Made by a program: the position numbers and the translations under genes. Positions 1 to 11,288 of a DNA stretch of 64,000 nt are shown piece by piece. The DNA comes from an uncultured virus (IMG/VR IMGVR_UViG_3300028844_004780). Its lineage: Duplodnaviria > Heunggongvirae > Uroviricota > Caudoviricetes. Position 1 is the stretch's first letter; each line of letters starts with the position of its first letter. The stretch lies in the IMG/VR virus record IMGVR_UViG_3300028844_004780; one strand, 5' to 3'. The notes under the pieces are model-generated. The model made no database searches, had not been told where the DNA came from, and saw only the letters and a list, made by a program, of their open reading frames with translations.

Positions 1-1
1 A

Positions 2-646
2 GTAGCCTTAGGGTCCATCTTCAACGATGTATATGTTACTAGGCTGAACTCGGATGGTACTACCAAAGAAGAAATCAGGGTACCACTAGCCTACGGACCC
101 AAAGAGAAATGGATTAGGAAGCTGAGGGAGTCCAGTTCAGACTTCCAGATGGAGCTTCCTAGGATGAGCTTCAATATGACTTCCATGACCTATGATGCAG
201 GCAGGAAGAAGAATACCCTACAGAGAAGGATCATTAAGGGATCTGGCAATGATACCACATTTTCCAATTTTGTAGAAGTACCTTACAACATGGAGTTCGA
301 TGTTAGTGTGATGGTCAGTTTTATAGAAGACGGGTTGTCAGTGCTAGAGCAGATTTTGCCCTACTTCACCCCAGAATTCCTGGTCTCTATCGATTTCAAC
401 GACCTGAATCAGAACGTTGACGTACCAATCGTCTTATCTTCTGTTCAGATGAGTGAAGAGTTCGAGGGAATGGTAGAAAGCGGCGTTAGAGTTATTACTA
501 TTGATATGTCCTTCACCGCCAAGTCTCATGTCTACGGTCCAACCAAGACCAGCAAACCAATCCAGAAGGCAATTGCCACCATTTTCGAATCCGAAGCATT
601 TTATGATATCGGTGGAAGTATCTGGTGCCTCTTCTGGAATCGATAA
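2..646 (+). CDS. gp15: Tail sheath stabilizer / tail terminator gp15 (5' truncated by window edge; possible frameshift near C-terminus)
   Basis: Frame open from base 2 (VALGSIFNDVYV...IRVPLAYGPKEKW...LPRMSF...VPYNMEF...LEQILPYFTPEF), motifs typical of T4-like gp15; directly upstream of gp16. Confidence 0.9.
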   Translation, partial: VALGSIFNDVYVTRLNSDGTTKEEIRVPLAYGPKEKWIRKLRESSSDFQMELPRMSFNMTSMTYDAGRKKNTLQRRIIKGSGNDTTFSNFVEVPYNMEFDVSVMVSFIEDGLSVLEQILPYFTPEFLVSIDFNDLNQNVDVPIVLSSVQMSEEFEGMVESGVRVITIDMSFTAKSHVYGPTKTSKPIQKAIATIFESEAFYDIGGSIWCLFWNR

Positions 647-718
647 CTTTACTGGGTTCACGGAAGAGATCAAAGTCTTGGGGCATAGCGGTGGAATAAG
701 CTCAGATGGGAGCGGTTG

Positions 719-1180
719 ATGAATGAAGAAGAACTAGATCCGATCTCGGAATCTCTTGGTGTTTCTCCGATCGATGTCTCACCCATTGAGAAGAAGCAAC
801 CCGTAGAGATCAAAACAGACAATACGGAGCCTGTGGCATCCACCTTCGAGCAAAGGAAGAAGGACTATCAGATGGTCCGTGACAACCTTAAGGGGATCAT
901 CGAGACCAGCAGTGTCGCCATTGATGGCATTCTAAATGTCGCCTCTGAAGGTGAAAGTCCCAGAGCATATGAGGTGGTATCTCAGCTTATCAAGACTGCC
1001 ACCGATGCCAACAAGGATTTGATCACCTTACATAAACAGATCAAAGACATCGAGAAGCTGGACGACAAAAAAGAAGAAGCAACGCACGTGACCAATAATG
1101 CCTTATATGTTGGGTCTACCAAAGATCTATTAGGTATGATAAAGGATGCTAGAGATCCAGACAAATTTATCGACCAATAA
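719..1180 (+). CDS. gp16: Terminase small subunit gp16
   Basis: DYQMVRDNL...AIDGILNVASEGESPRAYEVVSQLIK...TNNALYVGSTKDL, the marine T4-like gp16 signature; synteny. Confidence 0.9.
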   Translation: MNEEELDPISESLGVSPIDVSPIEKKQPVEIKTDNTEPVASTFEQRKKDYQMVRDNLKGIIETSSVAIDGILNVASEGESPRAYEVVSQLIKTATDANKDLITLHKQIKDIEKLDDKKEEATHVTNNALYVGSTKDLLGMIKDARDPDKFIDQ

Positions 1181-1193
1181 TGAGGAAAGCACC

Positions 1194-2153
1194 ATGTTAT
1201 CGATTAGAAAGTTCATGATCAGGCTAAGAAGAAAAATGACCGCAATGTTTACAATCAGGAGAAATGTGGTGCTTGCTCCTGGGGTTATTAGAGTTGCGAC
1301 CTCCCCCACCGATGTTCTAAAAGGGAAAAAGACCAGCATGTTCTGGTTCGGGAACGAGGACCTGCTGGCAGTTAACGACACGGGTCCAGAGGCGGTAAGA
1401 GAGTATGCTGAGAAGACAGAAGACCAGATAAGGAAGAAATTAGCATCTCTTCTGAAAAATGGTGATGCCAACGGGGTGGTGAGGAATACCTACCTGAATA
1501 TCGATACTAGAGGGTATATCATCATCGACATAGAGAAACCCTTCAACTTCATCTCCATCGAGAACTTTTCAGACCGAGAAATCGAGATATTTGTTAAGGG
1601 TCTCATGAAGAGAATCAAAGTATTGAGGGAGTTCTGCCCCAGGGCTAAGATAGGAGTTTGGAGATATGGAACCAGTCATAACTCTGGACTTGGAGACATC
1701 GATAAGAGGATTAAGAACTTCGTGAAGGCATCTAAGGTAGAGTACAACTCCGAGATCTTTTATGATGTGGTCGACTTTTTGTCCCCAGTACTCTACCATT
1801 ATTTCCCAGAAGGCCACCCAGCATACGATAGAATAATGAGGGGTGATAGAACCTCACAGGCTAGACAGATCAGAAGAGGCCTAAGAAATGAGCTGGGTTA
1901 TATGAAACCCACCATTCCTATCATATCGCATCAGACCGAGGGCAACACGACCAGCAACCCAGATCATTCTAGCAATGAAAATGCAGATCTCCAGAATGCT
2001 ACCGAGATCAACCAGATGGCTAAAGAAACTAGACACATTTCAATCTGGTATGCACTCTTGGCAGAAACCAAAGGTGACTATTTCGACGACCACATTAGTA
2101 GCCTGAGATCTAAGATCAAAGAGGTGGCATCTAGGCCTTTTAGAGTCAGATGA
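1194..2153 (+). CDS. Hypothetical protein, possible TIM-barrel glycoside hydrolase (GH56/hyaluronidase-like motifs)
   Basis: Long ORF with GAGG RBS before ATG 1194; motifs GYIIIDIEKP, LREFCPRAKIGVW, VDFLSPVLY. Confidence 0.45.
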   Translation: MLSIRKFMIRLRRKMTAMFTIRRNVVLAPGVIRVATSPTDVLKGKKTSMFWFGNEDLLAVNDTGPEAVREYAEKTEDQIRKKLASLLKNGDANGVVRNTYLNIDTRGYIIIDIEKPFNFISIENFSDREIEIFVKGLMKRIKVLREFCPRAKIGVWRYGTSHNSGLGDIDKRIKNFVKASKVEYNSEIFYDVVDFLSPVLYHYFPEGHPAYDRIMRGDRTSQARQIRRGLRNELGYMKPTIPIISHQTEGNTTSNPDHSSNENADLQNATEINQMAKETRHISIWYALLAETKGDYFDDHISSLRSKIKEVASRPFRVR

Positions 2154-2156
2154 GGG

Positions 2157-2164
2157 GATAAATA
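2157..2164 (+). promoter_or_regulatory. T4-type late promoter variant (GATAAATA)
   Basis: One mismatch to TATAAATA, just upstream of ORF 2181. Confidence 0.55.
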
Positions 2165-2180
2165 ACTGATGGAGGACCAC

Positions 2181-2930
2181 ATGAATATCGATAATCTAGA
2201 CTTGAATTTCTTGGTCGAACACATCTCGGAGGCCTACGCACCTGAGGTGAGATATGTTGAACCAAGATCTGCAATCGCGATTGCTAACAGGACCACAGTA
2301 GATCCCAATACTGTGATCAATCAAGATTCAACCGACACTATACCGCCCCTACCTTACGGTATCTTCCCCCCAACTTGGGGATATCCCACTTGGAATGGGA
2401 GTTATTGGGAGTTTCCAAATAATCCGCTATGGATTATCCCGTTCCAAGATGAGAACGGAGACTGGCAGTATGTTGACCAGAACAACAACCCAATCACCAT
2501 GCCTGGTGAAGGTGGGTTGTACCTTGATCCAGGCGAAGATGGCATAGTGGATATTTTAGATATTTTAGGACAGGTGGAAGACATTCTGCGATGGCTTAGA
2601 GGAAATTATGGGGAGTGGGAGTATGATCCAGATAGCGGAATGTTCTATAGAAATACACCTGGAAATCACTATCAAGTCCCGATTGAAGATATTCTAGAAA
2701 TCTTGCAAAATCCTGAGGATCAGTGGTGGTATGAATATGAAAGGCCAGGAGAATATGATGGGTGGGAAGCAGAGCCTTACAAAGACCCACCCACCCCATC
2801 GACATCCCCTCTGCGTTATATTCCCAACCGATGGGTAGAAGACGAGAATGAGCCAGGTGGGGGGTACTGGGAGATGTCTCCAGGTGCTTATGATGACCGA
2901 GAGGACATACTTCAGTGGATAATGAGATAG
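2181..2930 (+). CDS. Pro/Trp/acidic accessory protein with putative capsid-targeting leader (MNIDNLDLNFLVE)
   Basis: GGAGG RBS; first 11 aa identical to ORF 59272; low-complexity W/P/Y/D/E body. Confidence 0.75.
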   Translation: MNIDNLDLNFLVEHISEAYAPEVRYVEPRSAIAIANRTTVDPNTVINQDSTDTIPPLPYGIFPPTWGYPTWNGSYWEFPNNPLWIIPFQDENGDWQYVDQNNNPITMPGEGGLYLDPGEDGIVDILDILGQVEDILRWLRGNYGEWEYDPDSGMFYRNTPGNHYQVPIEDILEILQNPEDQWWYEYERPGEYDGWEAEPYKDPPTPSTSPLRYIPNRWVEDENEPGGGYWEMSPGAYDDREDILQWIMR

Positions 2931-2931
2931 C

Positions 2932-3534
2932 ATGAATCTAAGAGACTTAGCAGAAGCAGCAGATGACGGGATGGGTCCACCAGGCCCTCCAGAGTTGTTA
3001 CCTCTACCTCCAGGCAGCTATCGGGGCATACAATATGGTGATGGAGGTTGGGGACCGCACCAACTGGTGAACGTACCCGCCGATGGTAGCGGCGAGCTAG
3101 TACTTCCAGACGGTACAATAATTTACCCCGATGACCACTGGTTATTTCCAGGCGTAACAATGACACCAGAAGGTTTATACATTTGGCCTGATGGTGTGTA
3201 TTTTAACCAAAATAATGAAGAGTACTATTACCCAGAGGACCACCCGCTGTACCCAGGCCAGACGGTAGAATATTTTGATCATGGACCACCCCCAGTCGGT
3301 CCCCCCAGATCAATTACGTGGCCAGACAACCCTGACGGATCTCCAGGCGTAAAAATAGTCTATGACAAAAACGGAAACGTACTATATTATATGCCCGATG
3401 GGGAAGGTGGGGAGAGGATCTTCCCTGACGGGATGCACGACGTAAGAGTTATCCCTGATCACGGAGCACCATTCTGGGGCCCACTGTTCCCAGTCTGGGA
3501 CCCAGTTGTACCAAAACCACCAGATATTGGATGA
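2932..3534 (+). CDS. Pro/Gly-rich accessory protein with PDG repeats and putative leader MNLRDLAE
   Basis: 200 aa ORF abutting previous gene; repeated PDG turns. Confidence 0.75.
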   Translation: MNLRDLAEAADDGMGPPGPPELLPLPPGSYRGIQYGDGGWGPHQLVNVPADGSGELVLPDGTIIYPDDHWLFPGVTMTPEGLYIWPDGVYFNQNNEEYYYPEDHPLYPGQTVEYFDHGPPPVGPPRSITWPDNPDGSPGVKIVYDKNGNVLYYMPDGEGGERIFPDGMHDVRVIPDHGAPFWGPLFPVWDPVVPKPPDIG

Positions 3535-3546
3535 CCGCCTAAATAA

Positions 3547-5211
<1,665 letters not shown>

Positions 5212-5272
5212 CTAAATAACCCAGACATAGGCCGTTGGCTAATTACTCAATGAGCAATTTAGGAGAGATGAT

Positions 5273-7156
5273 ATGGCATTTCAGGTAAGCCCAGGTGTTG
5301 TGACAAGAGAGGTCGACCTCTCGTCCATCATTCCAGCGGTATCCACTACCGTTGCCGCCATCGCAGGACACTTTGAATGGGGTCCAGTTGATAAGGCTGT
5401 AACCGTAGATAGCGAAAACAATTTAGTATCCCTATTTGGGGACCCAGTATCGAACGTCATTCCCAATCAGAATAATATTGCAGACTGGTTCACTGCTGCC
5501 AACTTCCTAGGTTACGGTAGTAACCTTAGAGTTGTCAGATACGTGGCAGACACTGCTCTGAACTCAGCAGGACCATCTGCAGGTGATAGCAATATTGCGT
5601 CTCTCATTAAGACCGAAGATGCAGTATCTACAACAATTACCAACGCTGGTCTCAGTGCTGGCACTGGCAACTGGCACTGGCATTCCAGATACCCAGGGGT
5701 CAAGGGAAATGCACTCAAGGTCGTCTGGCACGATGGAGGCGCAACCACTGGAAAAAGCGGTGGTGCCGCCCATACTGCAGTCAGTTCTGGTGTTTATAAC
5801 AACTGGATTTATGCAAGTAATTTCCAAACCAGGGTCCCTGCCGCATCGGGCTGGGCACAGACTGTCACTGGTCAGACTAGTGGGATCTTTGATTTAGTCA
5901 ACTTTGCCGTCATTGACGAAGACGGACTCTTCTCTGGTGCCAAGGGAACGGTGCTAGAGGTATTCGATGGTGTCTCCAAGGCCAACAATGCCAAGAATGG
6001 GGATGGCACTGACAACTTCTATCGTACCGTCATCAACAACTCCTCTAAGTACGTTTTTGCTACCCAGCATCCAGAAACTATCGGCGTTTCTTCAGCCGCC
6101 GCTGCGAGGTACGGCCTCTATGGTGTGTCTGGTGGTACCAAGAGATGGGGAACTGATCTAGATGCCAACTCTGGAACTTATGATGTGTTCCACGGACATA
6201 TGGGTACCACTAGTGGTTACTCGGCTTCCTTAACTGGTGGAACTGGAGAGTTCTCAGGTACAGTACCCACCACTGGTACCTCCCAAGGATACGGGCTGTT
6301 CACTGACACGGACACCGAGAACATTTCGATCATTTTGGGATCTGAACGGACTCCATCGGAGGCTGGCAATTTGGTCGATCTTGCTGAGGCGAGAAAAGAC
6401 TGCGTTGCCTTTATTTCCCCAGAGAAGGCCGATGTTCTCGCTAACGACACCCCAGTTACACAAGCAGCCGCCGAAACTAACGTCATCGATTATAGAACTA
6501 ATCAACTTAACAAGAGCAGTTCTTATGCATTCCTTGACTCTGGTTGGAAATACCAGTACGATAGGTTTGCAGACAAGTACCGATACGTGCCGTTGAATGG
6601 TGACGTTGCTGGTATTGCAGTCAGATCAGACGAGAACTCAGAAACCTGGTTCTCCCCTGCAGGATTTAATAGGGGTCAGTTGAGGAACGTGGTCAAGTTG
6701 CCGTTCAACCCATCTAAGACCAATAGAGATAATCTCTATCGCGATCAGGTGAACCCAGTAGTCAGTTTCCCAGGCGAAGGTACGGTCCTATTCGGAGATA
6801 AGACTCTCCTTTCAAAACCGTCTTCGTTTGATAGGCTGAACGTTCGTCGTCTCTTCATCGTACTTGAAAAAGCAGTTTCGACTGCCGCTAAGTACCAGTT
6901 GTTTGAACAGAACGATGATTTCACCAGATCTCACTTCAGAAGCATCATCGAGCCTTTCCTCCGTGATGTCAGGGCAAGAAGAGGTATCACCGACTTCAAG
7001 GTCATCTGTGACAGCAGCAATAACACTTCTGCCGTAGTTGATCGTAACGAGTTTGTTGCTGATATCTTCATCAAACCCACCAAGTCCATCAACTTTATTA
7101 CACTCAACTTCGTCGCCACCTCACAGGGTGTTGACTTCTCCGAAATCGGATCATAA
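5273..7156 (+). CDS. gp18: Tail sheath protein gp18
   Basis: MAFQVSPGVVTREVDL, WGP, WFSPAGFNRG, FDRLNVRRLF, KSINFITLNFVAT. Confidence 0.98.
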   Translation: MAFQVSPGVVTREVDLSSIIPAVSTTVAAIAGHFEWGPVDKAVTVDSENNLVSLFGDPVSNVIPNQNNIADWFTAANFLGYGSNLRVVRYVADTALNSAGPSAGDSNIASLIKTEDAVSTTITNAGLSAGTGNWHWHSRYPGVKGNALKVVWHDGGATTGKSGGAAHTAVSSGVYNNWIYASNFQTRVPAASGWAQTVTGQTSGIFDLVNFAVIDEDGLFSGAKGTVLEVFDGVSKANNAKNGDGTDNFYRTVINNSSKYVFATQHPETIGVSSAAAARYGLYGVSGGTKRWGTDLDANSGTYDVFHGHMGTTSGYSASLTGGTGEFSGTVPTTGTSQGYGLFTDTDTENISIILGSERTPSEAGNLVDLAEARKDCVAFISPEKADVLANDTPVTQAAAETNVIDYRTNQLNKSSSYAFLDSGWKYQYDRFADKYRYVPLNGDVAGIAVRSDENSETWFSPAGFNRGQLRNVVKLPFNPSKTNRDNLYRDQVNPVVSFPGEGTVLFGDKTLLSKPSSFDRLNVRRLFIVLEKAVSTAAKYQLFEQNDDFTRSHFRSIIEPFLRDVRARRGITDFKVICDSSNNTSAVVDRNEFVADIFIKPTKSINFITLNFVATSQGVDFSEIGS

Positions 7157-7168
7157 TAGGGGGATTCA

Positions 7169-7732
7169 ATGAATATCGATAAGTTTAAAACCACCCTCGC
7201 CAAGGGCGGCGTACGAAGCAACCTCTTCCGCGTGCAGGGCGACATCGGCAACACTAGTCTCCCCGTTAAAGTGGGATACCTATGTAAGGCTGCATCGCTT
7301 CCAGAGTCGACCATCACACCCATCGAAGTCGCATACCGTGGCAGAAAGCTCAAGGTCCCTGGGGATCGCGAGTATGGTGAGTGGAGTCTGACGTTTTATG
7401 AGGATGGGGATTTTGAACTACGTAATGCTTTTGAGAAGTGGATGGACGACATCAACCAGACCGTTGATAACGTAGCAACCGCTGATCTGAACCTTACTGG
7501 TACTCTTTTCCCAGAGTGGAACGTAGAGCAACTAGATAGAACGGGAAGCCCAATCAAGTCTTACAAGCTTCTACACTGCTGGCCTTCAACGGTCGGTGCT
7601 GTTGAACTGAGTTTTGACGACACTGAGTTACAGGAATTTGAGGTTACTATGCAGTACACCTACTTCCTTTCCCAATCGACTGATGAATCCGTTGGTCTGG
7701 GCATTGCAGCAGCCCCAGGCGACGGCTCGTGA
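7169..7732 (+). CDS. gp19: Tail tube protein gp19
   Basis: GGVRSNLFRV, CKAASLPES, YRGRKLKVPGDR, LRNAFEKW; follows gp18. Confidence 0.97.
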   Translation: MNIDKFKTTLAKGGVRSNLFRVQGDIGNTSLPVKVGYLCKAASLPESTITPIEVAYRGRKLKVPGDREYGEWSLTFYEDGDFELRNAFEKWMDDINQTVDNVATADLNLTGTLFPEWNVEQLDRTGSPIKSYKLLHCWPSTVGAVELSFDDTELQEFEVTMQYTYFLSQSTDESVGLGIAAAPGDGS

Positions 7733-7758
7733 TTTAATCCTATTTTCGGGAGTATATA

Positions 7759-9288
7759 ATGGCAGTAGAGTTGTTCGGGTTCTCTGTTGGGAGATCCAGA
7801 AATAAAAAGTCAGAGGAGGAGAAGAAAGAAGCACTTCCCTCCTTCACGAAGCCCGTTGGAGAAGACGGTGCTACGGTTATTGATTCTACCACCCCAGTGG
7901 GTGGGTATTTCGGTTCTTATGTTGACTTCGATAACGAGGTCAAGACAGAATCGGAATTTATTAATAGATATCGAGAAATGGCGATTCACCCCGAGGTGGA
8001 GTCTGCTGTAGAAGACATTTGCAACGAATCCGTTGTATATGATGACACCAAACAGTCCATTCAACTAGATCTCGAAAATGTTGAATTGTCAGATGCCATT
8101 AAAGAGAAGATCTATGGAGAGTTTGAGTACATCTATGGACTTTTGGACTTCCCCACTAAAGGCTATGAGATCTTCAGAAGGTGGTATATTGACGGTCGTC
8201 TTTACTATCACATGGTAGTTGATACCAAATCTCCTAAGAGGGGGATCCAGGACCTTAGATATGTCGACCCGACAAAGATCAAGAAGGTCATTGAGATCGA
8301 AAAAGACAAAGAAGTGAATAGAAATGATCAGGGGATCATGGCGAATGTAGTCAAGAAAAAAGAAGAATACTACATGTACCGAGAGAACCCTAATGCATCA
8401 GAAGCGATCAAGATTGCACCCGAGGCTGTGTGCTTCGTGACTTCTGGTCTTTACGATGCCAGCAATAGGAAAATCATTTCTTACCTGCACAAGGCGATCA
8501 AACCTTTAAACCAGTTAAGAATGATCGAAGATGCAGCAGTCATTTATCGCATCTCCCGTGCTCCAGAAAGACGGGTTTTCTATATTGATGTTGGTTCTCT
8601 TCCCAAGACCAAGGCTGAGCAATATGTCAAGGGTATCATGAACAAATACCGCAACAAGCTGGTCTATGATGCATCGACTGGTGCAATCAGAGACGACAAG
8701 CGGCACATGAGCATGCTAGAAGATTACTGGTTACCCAGAAGAGAAGGCGGCAAGGGTACCGAGATCAGCACTCTGGACGGCGGACAAAACTTGGGGGAGA
8801 TGGAAGACGTAGAATACTTTCAGAAGAAGTTGTATCAGTCTTTGAGCATCCCCAGAACCAGACTAGAATCTGGTGACGACTTCAACATTGGAAGAGCCTC
8901 TGAAATCACCAGAGATGAAGTCAAGTTCATGAAGTACATTGACAGACTAAGAAGAAAGTTCAATGAGATGTTTATTGAATTCCTTAGAACTCAATGCATC
9001 TTAAAGGGAGTTATGACCGAAGACGATTGGTCAAAGATTTCCCAGCACCTTAAGTTCGATTACTGTAGAGACAATCACTTCTCCGATCTCAAAGAATACG
9101 AGATCCTGGGAGAAAGAATGAACGTCCTGCGTGAAATGGACCAATACATCGGTAAGTATTTTTCGGTGGAGTGGGTAAGAAAGAACATCCTGAGTCAGAA
9201 CGAAGACGAAATTAAGGATATGGATAAGCAGATCTCTCAGGAGAGAGAAATGGGTATTATCACCGACGATAACAACGGAGGCTATTGA
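7759..9288 (+). CDS. gp20: Portal vertex protein gp20
   Basis: RRWYIDGR, YRISRAPERRVFYIDVG, EDYWLPRREGGKGTEI. Confidence 0.98.
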   Translation: MAVELFGFSVGRSRNKKSEEEKKEALPSFTKPVGEDGATVIDSTTPVGGYFGSYVDFDNEVKTESEFINRYREMAIHPEVESAVEDICNESVVYDDTKQSIQLDLENVELSDAIKEKIYGEFEYIYGLLDFPTKGYEIFRRWYIDGRLYYHMVVDTKSPKRGIQDLRYVDPTKIKKVIEIEKDKEVNRNDQGIMANVVKKKEEYYMYRENPNASEAIKIAPEAVCFVTSGLYDASNRKIISYLHKAIKPLNQLRMIEDAAVIYRISRAPERRVFYIDVGSLPKTKAEQYVKGIMNKYRNKLVYDASTGAIRDDKRHMSMLEDYWLPRREGGKGTEISTLDGGQNLGEMEDVEYFQKKLYQSLSIPRTRLESGDDFNIGRASEITRDEVKFMKYIDRLRRKFNEMFIEFLRTQCILKGVMTEDDWSKISQHLKFDYCRDNHFSDLKEYEILGERMNVLREMDQYIGKYFSVEWVRKNILSQNEDEIKDMDKQISQEREMGIITDDNNGGY

Positions 9289-9791
9289 TGTCTATCGGTA
9301 AAAAGGTAATCCAAATGTTCAAAGACGGAGACGAAGATTTAAAAGATCTCCTCCGTTCTGAGCTATTCGAATCCGCTAGAATAGAAGTATCTAAGAATTT
9401 GTTGTTCGAAGAAGAAGAAGAACCAGACAAGATCGATGACCAGGGAACAGGGGCGGACCCTGTTCTAGATCCTGGTATGGACAGGGAATTCTTCTTGAAG
9501 TCTTTTGATGTGGGGGAGAACACCGTAACCATCAAGACTATCGGTGTAGGCAAGAACAAGCCCGTTTCGTCTTACATCAATGGTGTCAGGTGGGAAATGT
9601 TCCCAGGACCCGTCAAGGCGGAAGAGGAATCTAAGAAGTTCATCATGTCTGCTGCTTTCGAAGATTGGAATGCATCCACCGAAGATTCAGACAACAATGT
9701 GAAAGATGCTGCCATCGAAAAAGAGATGGAGCCTAAAGTAGAAGAAAAAGAAGATGAAGAAGAAAAGGCCGCCTCAGAGGCCAAAAAGTAA
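9288..9791 (+). CDS. Acidic prohead core-locus protein (gp67/gp68 position)
   Basis: Position between gp20 and gp21; acidic, with an LLFE candidate gp21 site. Confidence 0.55.
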   Translation: MSIGKKVIQMFKDGDEDLKDLLRSELFESARIEVSKNLLFEEEEEPDKIDDQGTGADPVLDPGMDREFFLKSFDVGENTVTIKTIGVGKNKPVSSYINGVRWEMFPGPVKAEEESKKFIMSAAFEDWNASTEDSDNNVKDAAIEKEMEPKVEEKEDEEEKAASEAKK

Positions 9792-9832
9792 TAAATATAT
9801 AGAGATCAAAAAACCCAGAAAGGGGTACTAGA

Positions 9833-10510
9833 ATGAACCTTCAGCAACGACATTATCTCGCTAACATGAACAGCGGGTCTAAGATCATCGCCGCCCTAAC
9901 AGACGAAAACCCTTCGTCCGCTAAGGAAGTCGTCGAAAGTACCCTCTTGAGAAAAGCAGGGGAATGTATCAAGGAAAACGTAGGACCAGCAGTAGATAAG
10001 TCCCCTATCAACGAGGGCTATCACGAAGAGAGTTATCACGAAGGTCTTCAGGCTGGTTACCTTTATGCGTCTCACTGCTACAAGGAAGCAATGGGACGTC
10101 GCGAAGGTATGCGTAGGCTTAATGCTAATGTGATGGAACCAATGCCTTTCGACGGTGGTGCTCCTAGCGGCGATATGCCCGATGATACTTGGCAACTCGG
10201 CGATGACCCCAGAGACCATCCTGATTATGACCCAGATAATTCGCTTGACGTCAAAAAATATCAAGACTGGAAGAGGAAGAATACGCCAGCGAAGAAGGCG
10301 CTGAATGCCGCTCATCATCTAATGAGAGGGATGAATGAGAGGAGTTACACCTGGGGCACCAGACCAGCCTTCGGCGGCAGGAGAAGAAAAGTACGCGTCA
10401 AGGACGGAGATCCCATCCCTCCAGGCTTCAGACCTTCTAAACCTGATGGGCCTCTTACTCCAGGCGGAAGAGGTTATGGTAACCACGGACCATTTGGTCC
10501 GTCGATCTGA
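9833..10510 (+). CDS. Prohead core-locus / internal head protein, Pro/Gly-rich C-terminus
   Basis: ATAAATA late promoter at 9791; gp67-like helical N-terminus; INE and MNE candidate cleavage sites. Confidence 0.6.
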   Translation: MNLQQRHYLANMNSGSKIIAALTDENPSSAKEVVESTLLRKAGECIKENVGPAVDKSPINEGYHEESYHEGLQAGYLYASHCYKEAMGRREGMRRLNANVMEPMPFDGGAPSGDMPDDTWQLGDDPRDHPDYDPDNSLDVKKYQDWKRKNTPAKKALNAAHHLMRGMNERSYTWGTRPAFGGRRRKVRVKDGDPIPPGFRPSKPDGPLTPGGRGYGNHGPFGPSI

Positions 10511-10549
10511 TTCTCCGATAAAGACTCTCGATCCAACAGGAATAATCCA

Positions 10550-11269
10550 ATGAATCTCCAAAACGAATTTTATCTAAACAGAATCACCAAGCACGTTCTG
10601 TCCGAAGAGGACAGTCCAGAGCAGAAAGCTTATAAGGACCTATTTGCAAAAATCCTTAAGAAGTATGGTGCTGATTCCCCCAACGACATTTCTAAAGAAA
10701 AGAAGGATGATTTCTTCAATGAAGTAGAAAAAGAATGGGCGAGTCATCCTGATAATAAAAAGGATGATGGAGAATCGGTAAACGAGTACGGTGGTGCACC
10801 AAATTCCAAAAAGAAAAAGAAAGAGAAGAACCCAATGAGCGAAGAAAAATCAATCAGCGAATCCTATCGCAGGATGCGTGAAGGCGGACACATCGGTGGT
10901 GCTGAAAGCCCATCTTCGGGTCCTTACAGTCAGAACAAAGACGGTTCCTTCAATGGTAGACCAATGACTCCTCCAGTCAGAAGACCAGAAGATAATACTT
11001 TCAAGGGAATGAGAAGACCCATGCCACAGCAGGACACCCCCGAGGGTGAAATGATTGGTAGCCTCTTATCAATCTGGGGACAATCTCCTGCCGATCTAGT
11101 CCAGCAGTACATGGACCAGGGTATCGATCAACAGCAGGCAATCCAGCTAGTTATCCTCATGTGGAATAACCTAGGTGGCGATTATGACTCTGGAACTAAC
11201 AGTTTTAATCCGCCATCGGTTGATGGTCAAATGCTCGGTAACCTTCTCGCTGGCCTCGGCGGCGGCTGA
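10550..11269 (+). CDS. Prohead core-locus / internal head protein with degenerate dockerin-like C-terminus
   Basis: YKDLFAKILKKYGADSP...FFNEVEKEW motif seen in marine T4-like core proteins; LSE/VNE/ISE sites; ends GSLLSIWGQS...VDGQMLGNLLAG. Confidence 0.65.
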   Translation: MNLQNEFYLNRITKHVLSEEDSPEQKAYKDLFAKILKKYGADSPNDISKEKKDDFFNEVEKEWASHPDNKKDDGESVNEYGGAPNSKKKKKEKNPMSEEKSISESYRRMREGGHIGGAESPSSGPYSQNKDGSFNGRPMTPPVRRPEDNTFKGMRRPMPQQDTPEGEMIGSLLSIWGQSPADLVQQYMDQGIDQQQAIQLVILMWNNLGGDYDSGTNSFNPPSVDGQMLGNLLAGLGGG

Positions 11270-11288
11270 AAAAGAGGAATTTAATCAG

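Noticed and set aside
7169..7183. gp19 start ATGAATATCGATAA matches the MNIDNL leader
   Set aside because: Match covers only MNID and is typical of gp19 N-termini; likely coincidence
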